DNA of 64,000 nucleotides from Epiperipatus broadwayi (lineage: Eukaryota > Animalia > Onychophora), in the NCBI GenBank assembly GCA_028023455.1, contig JAQFVV010000002.1:2356001-2420000 (forward strand), in the 5' to 3' direction. The first letter of the stretch is position 1. Each line of letters opens with the position of its first letter. The position numbers and the translations under genes were made by a program. Below are positions 1 through 13,021 of this stretch, piece by piece. The notes under the pieces are model-generated. The model made no database searches, was not told the DNA's origin, and was given only the letters and a program-made list of their open reading frames with translations.

Positions 1-2045
1 AATAGCATTTTTTTGCTATAATTAATGCTTCTGTAACATATATTGATAAAATTCTACAAAGTTATTTCTCAAAGGATTAAGTTGAACTGAAAGAGACATT
101 AACTTTTTTCAATCGATAGAGAAAATTTATTTTTAATTATTGTATTTTTTTATACACTGACTATAAAAAGTTTTGAAAAAAGATTAGAAGAGTTTTTAAG
201 AGTTTTATACATTATGACATAATTACTATGAAGGTATAACTGAAGTCAGGACGATGAATGCATGTCTAGCTGCTGCTACTAGTTCACCATAGTAGAGTTT
301 AGCATGGAGGCCAGAGTCAGCTTCTATGTAGTTTATTAGCCAATATATATGTTGGACTAGATAATATGTCTAAAATCTATCCAATTCTAGACTAAATGGA
401 GATGACTGAATGACACCATATGTCAGCCTATTGTTTAGAAGGGACCAGCTTACCCAGAAAGCCCATCAGTTTGCTGATGAATTAGTTTATACATACACCG
501 TTTTATCTATATGCAGAGAATCTAGAAAAAGGTATTGCATCAAATATATAAAATACAGCTTGTGAGTTATTTTAAATAATTCCTTGAAAAAATGACATTT
601 AAAGTCTATAATTTAAAAATAAAACAAGTAAATTTCTGCTTGAATTAAAAGTTTAAAAAATATATTATGCTGGTTCATAGACAATTTTATTTTGAAAAAA
701 ACTCCAAAAATATTTCTAGATTAGGCAACAAAAAATACTTGCTGAAGTATGTTTAAAGTCATTTATAATTAATCAAGGGGAACCTGTTAAAAAAAGAAAA
801 GTTTTATGAAGGACTGTCAAATAATTAATATTACTTGTTTTAAAAAGTTTATTATTTTGATAAATTAAAATATGTAAACATCAGTGTGCATGCACATTTC
901 CATGTGCACACATATAAAAGTTAATATCAGTCATTAATTATGAATTATAAAAAATGAATTTCATTATAGATTTATGACAAGTCAAATTTGTTCATAAATT
1001 ATAATACCACACATCTGTGTGGTTATAAGTGTGTGTTTTATCTATTGCTACATTTGTAAATGACAATGTGATGGCTAATTTTTTTATTATATGACAATTC
1101 AAATATGTTCATTTTATATTATATAGACAGGCATGCATGCATGCTGATATATATAGATGTTTTATGTAAACCTATTGGGACATATATGTTAATTACAATG
1201 TAATAGTGGATTTCTTTTTGGTATTAATCAAAATGAGAGGGCTTAATTTAAATGTATAGATGTATTCTGCACACCTTTATTTAGTTGTTATTAATAAATA
1301 AATATTTCATTGTAGTTATTACAGTGAATTTACTAGATCTTAAATAGTTTTAGAAGATTATATGTTAGGATTATATCTTTTTCACAATAACAGTTATAGA
1401 GCTTTTGTTCTCTGAGCTAGATTCATGCATAATGGTCTGTTATAGAAAAGGAATTTATATTTAGTATTTATGGACATCCAGTTGATAATGATTGTGGATT
1501 GGTGCAAAGGGGATATTCTTTAAAGTCAATGCACAACATTATATTTAGTTTAGTATTTATTAAAAATTAAGTTTATAGTTGGCCAATATACTAAAGGTAT
1601 TAACTGGTGAAAGCATTGATGATAATCACCATGTTTTAGTATCCCACCATTACTGTTTTATTGTTACATATATTCTGATAAATTAGCACTCTAAATTTGT
1701 GTATTGAAATTATAGTTTGAATAATCTTCCCCAAGCTGGCAATGGCTAAATAGTTAGCCTGATCTATAGTAGACCCACTTCAAATCCAGGCATAACATGG
1801 ACTGTTGATTTATTTTTAGTCATTTATAGTGATAGATAATTATTATTTATATTTATATATAATGTTGGTGAAGTTACAGTTATTTAATATAGTTAGCTGT
1901 GCTGATGTCTCAGGTTTTTACATTCATTATATTCATTCCTTTTATATTTATTCATATTATTTGTAAATTTAATTGTTTTAGTCACTGATGCTGATGATTT
2001 TCCCATCACCTCACATTCACCCCAATTTCTTCATAACATTTCAAA
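1..2045. repeat. Copy 1 of a diverged ~2-kb direct duplication (partner 3128-5180)
   Basis: Colinear similarity throughout, e.g. AAAGGATTAAGTTGAA at ~71 and ~3196 and TTCAAATCCAGGCA at ~1779 and ~4938. Offset is about 3126 bp, with many substitutions and indels. Confidence 0.9.
1735..1795 (+). mobile_element. Degenerate tRNA-like SINE head (second copy ~4895-4955)
   Basis: A-box-like TGGCTAAATAG followed ~30 nt later by B-box-like TTCAAATCC, present in both duplicate copies. Confidence 0.3.
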
Positions 2046-2760
2046 TGGCTACTCATCTATGGGCTGCTGATGATCATGTAATAATTGCCATCACAACAAA
2101 ATTAGCAATGAACTTGATCTCAAATAACGACATCTGAGAAAGAAAAGTATGCATTTTATGCAGAATTAATTTAAAGTATTACTGTAAAATATATGACAAG
2201 AGTATTGATAATTATACACTATAAAGTAGGAGTTTCCATGTATATTTGAAAAGTTCATGTTTAGAGTTGAATAGAAAAACTATGATTTTGAAGATTGGAT
2301 TGGGTTTTTGACTGTTGATATTTTCAGTTTTGATGATAATGGTTTTTATTGGTTGGAAGATACAATTTTTCATGCAACTCTGAGATGTGTTTTATCTCAG
2401 GCATTGCTTCAAACAACTCTCTGATTTACAACTGTTTGTAAAGGTGCAGTTAACATAGTTCTGTCATAATTCCAGCCCCTATGTCTCCAAGAAAAGGTGC
2501 AAGGCATAATTATTTATTTTGCAGCCCCTAAAACTCAAATGGCAGGGCTTTGCAAAGATTTTTTGCATTGTTTTATTTGGAGTTGTGGTGGCTTATGATG
2601 TCTAAATTGAGCTAGTCCTCTGGGTGTTCACAGTGTCTTGTGTTCATATAGTTCCAACAAATGAATTCTTTATCTACCTCAGAATTGCAGGCCACTATTC
2701 ATTTTTTTAGCTGTCAGATGCCTGTCAAATCTCTTAAAAAATTGATGAGTACATAATTTG
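1990..2760 (-). mobile_element. Highly degenerate Penelope-like RT-thumb/GIY-YIG relic
   Basis: Minus-strand translation with stops gives LNLDIISHHNSK..AKNLCKAL (resembles PLE YLxFxSHH..K) and QVHC*FCCDGNYY (resembles the GIY-YIG C..C..YIG region). Confidence 0.3.
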
Positions 2761-3127
2761 TGATATGATTTTTGTTTTGACTATATTGTTAGATAGGTGT
2801 TTCATTTCTATTTTCCTTTTTCCCATGAGATGGGTTATGAGACCATTATGTGTTCATGGCCTACAACAAAATAGTAGAATGTGTGCATGTATAAATATAA
2901 ACTTGAGAGGAAAGTTAGAAATGAACACAAACAAAAATTTTTTGTAAATATTTTCCATATTTCTCTAGAATAACAGTTAAAAAGATTTAATAATTTTAAA
3001 TTTAAACAAATTTTATTATAAATTAAACATTTAAAAAAATTTAATTAATAATTCATTAATTCTGATTTTGAAATTAAAACAAGCATGTTTTTGTGTTACA
3101 TACTAGTAATTATAAAATTCCATTTGA

Positions 3128-5180
3128 TTAGCAATTTTTTTGTACGTAATGCTTGTATAACATATTTTAATAAAATTCAACAAAACTGTTTTTTAAAGGA
3201 TTAAGTTGAATTGAAAAAAGTCATTAACTGTTTTCAATCAAAATAGAAAAAACATTTTTAATTACTGTATTTTTTTTACAACCTGATTATAAAAAGGTTG
3301 GAAAAGAGATTAGGGGAGTTTTTAAGAGTTTTATAGATACTATGAAGTTATAACTGAAGGTAGAACAGTACAAGTCCAACTGCTATTATTAGGTCACCAC
3401 AGTAGAGTTTTGATTCACATGGAGGCCAGGAGTAGATTTTCTATGGTTTTTTAGCTCAAATATATATTGTACAAGATGATATGGCAGAAGTCTATTCAAT
3501 TCTATACTAAATGGAGCTGATTGAATGTCATCAATTACTAGATTGCACCTTTCTTGATGATAACTCTAAACCAGTCTACAGTTTAGAAAAGACCAGCTAA
3601 CCCAGAGAGTCCATTAGTTTGTAGAAGAATTAGTTTATATGCATACTGTTTTATCCATATGCAGAGAATCAAGAAAAAATATTGCATCATATATATAAAG
3701 TTCAACTGGTGAATTATTTTAAATAATTCTTGAAAATGATATTTAAAGTCAATAATTTAAAAATAAAACAAGTAAATAATTTTTACTTAAATTAAAAGTC
3801 TAAAAAAATAAATGATTGATTCATAGACATTTTTGTTTTGAAAAAAAAGCTCCAAAAATCTTTCTAGATTAGGGAAGTAAAGAAAAACTTGCTGGGGTAT
3901 GTTTAAAGACATTTATAATTAATCAAAAGCAACCTGTTAAAAAAGAAAAACTTTTATGAAGGACTGTCAAAGAATTAATATTACTTTTTTTAAAAAGTTC
4001 ATTATTTTGATAAATTAAAATATGTGATATAAACATCAGTGTGTGCACACATTACCATGCATGCACATATATCTGTTAAATCAGTCATTAATTATAAACT
4101 ATAAAAAGTGAATTTCATTTATAGGTTTACGACAAGTCAAATATGTTCATAAATTATTATATACTGCATGTCTGTGTGCTTATATTTATATGTGTGTGTT
4201 CTATGTATTGACATATCTGTAAATCACAATGTGATGGCTTATATTTTTATTATTATATAACAATTCAAATATGTTCATTTTATATTATACAGGTACATCT
4301 GTGTGCTGATATATATGTAGATGTTTTATGTAAAACTAAAAGGACATATACATTTATTACAATGTAATAATAAATTTCTTTTTGGTGTTAATCAAATTCA
4401 GAGGGCTTGATTTAAATATATAATCATATTCAGCAGACCTTAATTTAATTTGTTATTAATAAATTAATATTTCATTGTTCAAGTTATTCCAGTGAATTTA
4501 CACAATCCTAGTTTTAGAATATTATATGTTAGGATTATATCTCTTGTTCACAATCACAGTCATAGAGTTTTTTCTCTGATCTAAATTCATGCATAATGGT
4601 CTCTTATATGAAAGGGATTTATATTTCATATTTATGAACACCCAGTTGATGATAATCCTGAGTTGTACAAAGGAGATATCTTTTAATGTTCATGCACTAC
4701 ACATTGTTTAGTTTAGGATTTGTCAAAAAGTGTTTATAGTTGGCCAGTTCCCTAAAGATACTAAGTGACCAGAGCATTGATAATGATCAACATGTTTTAA
4801 TATCCCAACATTATTGCTTTTATTGTTATATATATTCTGATGTATTAGAACTTAAATCTGTGCATCCAAATTATAGTTTAAATAATCTACCCCAAGCTGG
4901 CAAAGGCTAGATAGCTGCCTTGTCTATAGTAGATTCAATTCAAATCCAGGCACAAGATGGACTGTTGATTTATTTTTATTGTTGGTCATTCATGGTGATG
5001 AGTGATTATTACTTTATACTTATTTATAATGCTGATGAACTTACAGTTACTTAATATAGTTAATTGTATTGATCTCTCAGGCTCTTATATTCATTATATT
5101 CATTCATTTTATTTGTAAATTTAAATTTTGTCATACCCATCTCTCCAGGTTTACTCCAATTTTTTCATACCATTACAATA
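3128..5180. repeat. Copy 2 of the diverged ~2-kb direct duplication
   Basis: Colinear with 1-2045. Confidence 0.9.
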
Positions 5181-5833
5181 TATAAATATATAATTTTTCT
5201 AGTTAAAATTTAAATATTGAAATATCATGATCACCTACCATTATATTGTTTCAAAAGTGCTATTTGCAAAACATACATTTAGTCTACATAAAGCAGCATT
5301 GGTGAAAGATCAACGTCTTATCTATTAGCCATTAAATTGTAAAGTATATTAAAATTCAGTCTAATATAAACAAAAAGCATAAAACTAAATTAAGTGAGAT
5401 CTTAACAAGTAATAAACAAATATGTTTTTATTACAAACATAAACGAATATAAATACAATAATCATTATAGCCTTTGAAAACTCCTAAACATAACTATATA
5501 AGAAATAAGAAGCAGTTGCATAATTTTAAATGTTTGTATATACATACTGTTAGTTCACATACATAGTGTTAGTTCACACATTTTATGTATATAAAATATA
5601 CATTTGTAATAAGTAAAAAAAAATTAGCTCTGCATAAGTAAATATTGGCACATCATTAGACCTAAAAAGATAATAGTAACTCACCTTCTTAATGAATAGA
5701 CAAGAAATTGTTCATAGTTATCCTTATTTTTTTAAAACTAAGTACAGCTAAACCATTCCAAAATGAGTATTCAATGCAATATTTATTATTTTAGCCTAAA
5801 CATTTTTTGTATATATGCTAGTCTAAATCTGCA

Positions 5834-5834
<1 letters not shown>

Positions 5835-5864
<30 letters not shown>
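5835..5864. repeat. (TA)n microsatellite
   Basis: Pure TA run visible in sequence. Confidence 0.95.
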
Positions 5865-5867
<3 letters not shown>

Positions 5868-5916
5868 GGATGTACATGTATTGTAAATTCTCTTTGTTAT
5901 TAGTTTTTTATATTAG

Positions 5917-6081
5917 ATACTACAATAAATTATCAACATCTTGGTGAAGAAAACTTTTGTTGCCAACTTGGACGTATTAGCAGATTGGCTAACCAATTAA
6001 ACGAATTGCAAGAGCCAGTAGGTATTTTAACATCAACGGACAGAACAACTTGGGCCCAAACCAGAAACTTATTATTAGAAG
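5917..6081 (+). CDS. Internal exon (165 bp, phase 1-1) of a choline/carnitine acyltransferase-family gene (ChAT or CrAT-like)
   Basis: Acceptor ttttttatattAG and donor GAAG|GTAAAT. Open frame (D)TTINYQHLGEENFCCQLGRISRLANQLNELQEPVGILTSTDRTTWAQTRNLLLE matches the family motif QL.KI...EPVGILTS..R..WA..R..L (CrAT EPVGILTSNHRNSWAK; ChAT PPIGLLTSDGRSEWAEAR). Confidence 0.88.
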
Positions 6082-6752
6082 GTAAATAAATACTTTATTT
6101 AGATGTTTAAATATCATTATTGGAAAAAATTGTTATTATGAAAAGAGCTATTTTAATTACAATATTTTACTTCCAGCATATAAATACACTTAAAAAAGAT
6201 ATTGATTTGTCATATTTCTTCATTGTATGTTTGGAAATTTTCCAGAATATTTTCAGAAATATATAGTAGTAAATCTATAAAGAATATTATATATAATAAA
6301 TAGCTGATGATATAATACAAGTTTCTAACTATTCATATCATGTTATGTTATTAAAAATACAAATAAATACATTAATTGCAACGTTGCATTTGGTCTGTTT
6401 TATACACATTTGAAAATAAACTCATCACAATATTTCATTAATGACATAAAATTTTGATGAAAAATTTAATTTAGGAATAAAACTATTTAACCATATTTAT
6501 AAATAGTGTCAATGGCATATTTATTATTTCTAATAAAGCTTTATTAAATTTATCATTAACTTGCAATACTGAGACAATTGTGGCTACACTGTTGTTAAAA
6601 AATGTATTATTTTATTATTATTAAACTTTATTGGATATATCTGTCATTCTCAAGATTTTAAGTCTGCCTAAAAGTATTATACTCATGAAGGAATCAAATT
6701 AAATATGATAAAGGCCAATAATGTGAATAATTGTTTATTATTTTCTTGCATA

Positions 6753-7240
6753 CCAGAAATTTATCCAGTCTATGAAAAGGCCATCATTTTTGTAATAGTT
6801 TTTGGTTGCTTTAACAAATTTCAATCATGCATGGTATTACTGTGGAACCATGAACTATGCAATATCACATTAACCAAAACAATGTAAATACAGTACTATA
6901 GCATGTATTTTCCCCCTCACTAAGTATCACATTTCAAACATGAATTTATGTACTATAATCGCATTTTCTTCACAATTTAAATACTACACCTATTTGGTTT
7001 TGTATTATAGTTAAAAGCACATGTGCTAATTTTTTTCCGAGCATATTTTTCTTCAAAAAGTTTTATTCATTATGTCTTTTGTAAAATACCATTTTTTTTA
7101 GAATCCAGGAATGTACCCAGCCTATGGAAGGGCCACCCTTTTAGTAATAGTTTTTTTTTTTTTAATTTGTTGCTTAAACAATTTTTTTTTTGCTTTATGG
7201 AATTACTTGCTGGAAAATCTACCTGGCCTATGGAAGAAGG
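6753..7240 (+). repeat. Short local repeat, three diverged copies (~6753, ~7105, ~7210)
   Basis: CCAGAAATTTATCCAGTCTATGAAAAGGCCATC vs CCAGGAATGTACCCAGCCTATGGAAGGGCCACC vs CTGGAAAATCTACCTGGCCTATGGAAG. Confidence 0.6.
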
Positions 7241-7739
7241 AAACAACTTTCTTTGCATAAAATGCTTCATAAAAAAATTATAGTATATTAATGGTAGAAC
7301 CATTTTTTTTTTCTTGAAGAATACACCTTCAAATAAAAAATGTTTAACTTGAAATTGGCTCTGCATGTAATCACTCATGGATGACTTTGATTTTCTCTGA
7401 ATTCTTCTTATAAATGTGATTTTGCTTTGTACTCCAGGTTGTTTATATTATTGTACTTTTATGTTGCATAGGATTGAATGCTAATTGTATAAGGTTGATT
7501 TTGTAATTGAATCTACATGGTTAGTACATGAATTTAATGGATCCTGTTTTATTATTGTCTCTTCTTTGCATGTTAAGATTGAAATGTATATAGACATAGC
7601 TAGCACAATTCAAACAGAATCAGATAAATAATATATAACTATATTGTTAATAACTTAAGAACAGCCTTCAGAGATAAAATTTAATTAAATAAGAAGGCAT
7701 AAATCATTGTTAATATTTAAAAGGCTATCTGATGTCAAC

Positions 7740-10330
7740 AAATGAAATGTATGCCAACATGTTGTAACGGTCAGAAAACGTGTGACTCGTAAACATAGTG
7801 CAGAATTCGACCACCATACAGAACAGCAGCACCATCGAGTAGCGAAGCCACCCATGGTACTGAGTTCGAACATAGTTTATCGGTTCCACAATACAATCCA
7901 CGAAACAACGCATCTGATGCGACATTAGTAAATATTTTCTTAGGCACGGTGGTCAGGGATATGCAAGAGACTCATGATTTTATTCTCGAGTTAGCCAATA
8001 ATCAAACTAATATTAATTAAACATTCATATTTACATAATCGAGGAAATAGTATATAGAATGGGTATCGAATAAATGAAACGTAACTGCAGACATATAGTT
8101 TAAAATTATTTATTAATACATTTTAATAAAACAATCATTTACTAATAATATTTTATGGACTAACAGCTTCAGTAGCGGGATTTGCAATATGATTATATTT
8201 TAAAGAATACATTTATTTATTTACACATTATTTTATACTGAGGATTTCAGTAGTGGTATTTCTGATACTGAAATGTTTAGAAAAGGAATTCACTTATTTG
8301 AAGGCTTAATCTAACTACCTAAAATTCTCGAGTAAGTATTTCTAATGCATGCCTTGGGGAATTTATACCTTTGCAATGCAAGAGTCTAAAGTATGGGTTA
8401 TAAGAGTAACGGCAGACATATATTTATTTAATTAAAATATTTATTTATAACTAAGGGCAAACATTTATTTGAGAGTGAATTACGAAGATAATGCAGAGGC
8501 GGAGTGATATATAGAATAATAGAATTGAGCAAAGGAACACGTGATACGCTTTAGAAAGGCGATATGGAATGGCAGTATATCGAAACTGCAATGCCGCGAA
8601 TGGGTTTATAAGAATGTCAGGTTGGTCTCGGCCTCGACCCGACAAAGTAAGGTGTCATATAAGCATAACCAGGGACAAGCGGTCCATGTCGCAGTTTTGC
8701 CGGCTGGCTGCATGACGTTGTCAAGTCCTACGGGAGCACCTATTATGCCCGCTTGTGTAGGACGACTGGGGTTAATTTCAACCCTGAAGAATCCGGAAAT
8801 TTCACGGCGGAATGGGTCATCGCGTCTCTAAAACGTAACACATGTATACTTATAAACGATTATGATAAGATTTAAGTAGATTTCTGACTTGGCCCTACAT
8901 TACCAACATTTACTCAAGAACTCTGGCGACTCTCAAAGAAATGGGATTTTCTAGAATTTATTCATGATGATTTAGTAAATATAAAACATATATATAAATT
9001 GGGAATTATTATAACTAATACGTCAGCCATTTGCGAAGTAGTAGACCCTGCATTACAATAAATGAAGCATTGAATGCGTGTCGATTTATATGAAAGTTAA
9101 GTTATTAAAGAAAGTAAATATTAATGAAAATTTGACACGCATTCATTGTTTTAAGCGATCATAGATTTAACCTTTGAAAATTGAAATAATTATAAGCATG
9201 CAATAATTAACTAATAACTATAGATAGAAATGTAGATTATAGAAATACGCATCCAGGATAGAATGAGTTAAGCTAGATTAGTAGAGAAATTTACACATTA
9301 AGTTAATGATTCAGTTTTAGCTATACATATGGTAGTTTTTACATTTTATAATTTAGATAAGTATTATGAAGAAGAGCTATAGCATATTATTAGAGTACTC
9401 TAGAGTTTGAATACAGACAGGTACCTGTTTTATAAGAAGTCCTCCGATTCCATTAGTTTAGAAGCAAAAAGTTCACGAGTGGCAAGTCTTTCTTGTATTT
9501 AGATATTTCATTTAATTTTACAACAGCAGCAGCTTTTTCATTTATTTCAGGCAGCAGATCTTCATGGTGAATTTATGACGGGCAATGGAAAGTTCAGCAT
9601 CCGGTGGGCCATAACCCGATGGAGAATAATCTAGGTGCTTTACTCGGTCATACCTTGGCAGGAACAAATTATTTTTATATTTTTGGAGACTCTCAGTGAT
9701 CGAGAGCAAAGCTAAAGTTTAAGTGAATGTCTCCAGCAAGTCTAAGATGGCCTCTTTTTTTATCTTGATCTTTCACATTTTTGTTAAGATATTTTTAGGT
9801 TCTACTTAATCTGCCCTGAGGATAATCAATGCATTTAGTTGGTTTTTAATTAAAGAAAGCTGCCGTTCTATTGTTTACATTTTACATTTACTAATTAATT
9901 TTGGGGAATTTTTCTTTAATTAATCTATTATCTATCACTGACCGATGCTTTTAAATTTCAAAAACAAAAAGGGAACATAAGACTATTTTAACTTTTAATT
10001 AAATATTACATCAGATATTTTTAGAATTATTATTAAATGAAATTTAAACAAAGCAATAAATACGAACTTTATAATCCAAAATAAATGATTAAAATTATAC
10101 AAAATTATATAACTAAAAGAAATCTAAATTATATTATTTTATCCCTATTTATTGCGTTTAATTTGAGATCGAAATGTGTGCGTGTTTATGCTGAATTCTA
10201 CATATATTTATACATTTCTAAGATTGCTACACACACAATTCGATACCAAAAAGTTTAAATTTGGGTGGGATAGACCGGTCAGTGAGAGACGACAGAAAAA
10301 GGTGAAACTTAAGATTCGAATACGAATCTT
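7740..10330. promoter_or_regulatory. CpG-retaining island (possibly an unmethylated promoter or exons of an unidentified gene)
   Basis: CpG is abundant at 7760-8100, 8400-8960, 9440-9710 and 10150-10330, against near absence in 1-7700. The 8560-8830 core is roughly 50% GC. Confidence 0.4.
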
Positions 10331-11439
10331 ACTGTTTCAATGTAATAGTAATTTATGTTGTGTAATAATAGAACTGTTAATAAATTGTTTTTTTGTGTAT
10401 GTTATAAGACTAATCTTTTGCATTTGTTTACTGTGGTCTGTTCCTGCCAATTGATGCTTCTAAAGAATTTCTGTTCTCCATGGCCTAGAAGCATTAAAAT
10501 ATCTATTAGTAATGGTATGTGGCTGTATAGGTAGGCAAGTATAGTTTCAAATTCTCACCAGTAAAATTTTAATATGATGCCTCTTGAAAAAACATTCTAG
10601 ACTGTAAGTCTAACGGCTCCTTCTGATTGTTGGATATTGACTAAGTCCACAATCAAAAGTTATTCATTATAATAATGATTTGCAATTCTTTTAAAAAATT
10701 TTTTTATCATAATTTACTAGTTTAATTAATTTATTTGACATATTTATAGCAATTTAGAGTATAATATTGGTAAAGAACTATTCAATAAAAAAATGGAAAT
10801 TGTTGTCTTAATTAATAAAAAACACACAGAAGCTGAGTATTTACATCATATTTTCCAAAATATTTTATTACTCTTTTAAAATTCTATTATATTTTTAAAT
10901 ATTGTAATTAAAAAGTGTATTTGATTTACATTAGATGTGCACAGTGTATTATTATTATATTTACTCAAAAATTGCTTTTGATGTTTGTTATTTTTTAACT
11001 TCAATTATTTTTTTAAAATGAAAATAGACACCAATAGTTTTGATGTTCAAAATAAATACACATGTCTATATATTGAAAGAATTCACAAGTGATTATTATA
11101 TTTTATTTTCTAAAGCACTGTATTTCAAACTATAAAATTGCTTGAGGATCAAATTCTTGATTGCAGCAATACTATCTCCCAAGACATTTTAAGAAAACCA
11201 AGTTGGTTGTGATCTTTGAAACTACAGAAAATTTGTGACAATTATTTTATCTTGAAAAATGTACACATTAAATTTACTGATTGAAAAATGAGAAATTGTA
11301 TTAATTGGAATTCATAAAAAAGAAAAAAATCTTAAAAGATCTTTAAATATAAAAATTATATATATCTGTGCAAGTGCATATGTATAAAAAAGGTAGTTAA
11401 TGGTTACTAATATTACATCACATCTAAAATTACTTTTAC

Positions 11440-11800
11440 TACTACTATTATTATTATTACTACTACTACTACTACTACTACTACTATTGCCACTGCCACT
11501 ACCATTTCTGCTGTGACTACAACTACTATAATAATATTACTACTAATAATACTATTATTAGTACTGCTACCACTGCTGCAGAACTTCTACTACTATCATT
11601 ACTACTACTAGTACTACTACTATTCATATAGCCACTGCAACTGCCACTACCATTTCTGTTGTGACTACAACTACTACAATACTATGACTACTATTACTAG
11701 TCCTACTATTAGTATTGCTACCACTGCTGTTGCAACTTCTATTGCTATTATTATTACTACTACTACTACTAATAATAATAATAACAACAATAATAATAAA
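11440..11800. repeat. Compound (ACT/ATT/AAT)n microsatellite containing a ~155-bp tandem duplication
   Basis: TACTACTAC runs; GCCACTACCATTTCTG(C/T)TGTGACTACAACTACT occurs at ~11494 and ~11643. Confidence 0.9.
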
Positions 11801-13021
11801 TTGAAACAATGGATCCGAAAGTCTGATCCATGCTTCACAGCCTACTATAAACTTACCGACATTGTAAACCTGGGTTAAGTTTATATTCAAGTATCAACAG
11901 AATTTTGCATTAAATATAAAATTAAAGTGCTTCATTTTGCATATTCAACGGTCATTAAATTTGCTATTTGCTTTAAAATATTCTTTTGAAGTAAATTCTA
12001 CGTTTGATAACAGGATTAATATTTGGCAAGCACATAGTCTCATTCACCCTGTCATAACTCCCATAACACCTCTACTTGCCCTGACCAATAATAAGATCAT
12101 CTTCCTCTTCAGGTGCTGGGCTATGGAACCAAAATTCTTTGATTTTATTATTAAGATAAATTTAAATGCCATTAGCACTAATTGGTTTCTCTTCCATAGG
12201 CGAGGCATCAACAAAATTGACCCAATCTGCCCCCTCTGTCAGACTCATGACAAAACATTTGACCATCTGATTTACTCATGCCATGGACTCTGGAGGTCTA
12301 GAAGGATTATTGCTGATAACCTTAAAGTGAATTTTTACCTTGTTACCTCTCTTAAGGACAGTATTAAGACAAGATCCATCCCTACTATTAGGCTGTCATT
12401 ATTTATCAACTATGCATTGTGGTCTACTCATTGTAAAATGGTTTTCAATCCTGGTGCAATTCATGAGGGAAAATTCTTTCTGAATAAACTTATAAAATTT
12501 AAAAACCGTGACATGCTTCTAGCTCCAAAAGTATTATTCGAGGAAACATGGACTCTGATTGCATTGTAAGGATGATTGCTGGTAAAACACTTTGTTTCTT
12601 CTGTCTAATATATTGCTGAAAGTGGTTTTGTTAATAATCAGAGGTTCAGATCCTTATGTTATCAAAATGGATAATATTTAACTGAATACATCAGATTTAG
12701 CATAAATACCTAAGCCTTCATAGTTGTAGTGATTTTTTCAATGGTGATCTGACCAAACTCTAGATTGACTACATGACTCTTGGTAGTGTGAGGCAATTTG
12801 TCTAGGTGAGTTGGTGAGCTTAATTGGTCTACTTGTGTGTTAACAGTAGACCAGGTATTCGGGTTTACCTCTTGCCCAGAATAATACTATCTTTTATTTA
12901 TTTATAATCATGTAATTCATTTTTATGTTTGTAATTCTAGCTTTCCTTTTAATTTACCATGTATGCATAATTGTCACTGTAAACATTGTACTTGTTTAAT
13001 AAATATTTTGGAAAAAAAAAA
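11800..13021 (+). mobile_element. 5'-truncated L1/Tx1-like LINE (ORF2 C-terminus, 3' UTR, polyA)
   Basis: ORF 11937-12569 has the zf-RVT-like CPLCQTHDKTFDHLIYSC. EPKFFDFIIKINLNA matches EPKYFDFLIKINLNA of the 38848 ORF. Ends with AATAAA and an A11 tail at ~13011-13021. Confidence 0.85.

Noticed and set aside
470-500. CTGATGA motifs at ~474, ~2066 and ~5033
   Set aside because: No stem II followed by GAAA.
6705-6887. YEKAIIFVIVFG as the next acyltransferase exon
   Set aside because: Lacks the conserved CLD and is part of a local three-copy repeat.
7023-7378. ORFs 7023-7283 and 7070-7378
   Set aside because: Low-complexity polyT/polyA-driven ORFs with no recognisable domain.
8545-8655. YRNCNAANG..GWSRPRPD resembling a class B GPCR hormone-binding domain
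   Set aside because: Only a short motif, with no upstream cysteines or W-P motif and no consistent exon structure. This could easily be chance in GC-rich sequence.
8725-8740. TCCTACGGGAG resembling the 16S rRNA 341F site
   Set aside because: An 11-nt match only; the flanks are not rRNA.
8783-8822. CTGAAGA..CCGGAAA as a hammerhead, or RNase P/MRP CR-I
   Set aside because: No proper stem II-GAAA-stem III-NUH arrangement and no P4 pairing partner.
11624-11890. ORF-track entries 11624-11890 and 11684-11878
   Set aside because: Translations of the trinucleotide microsatellite.
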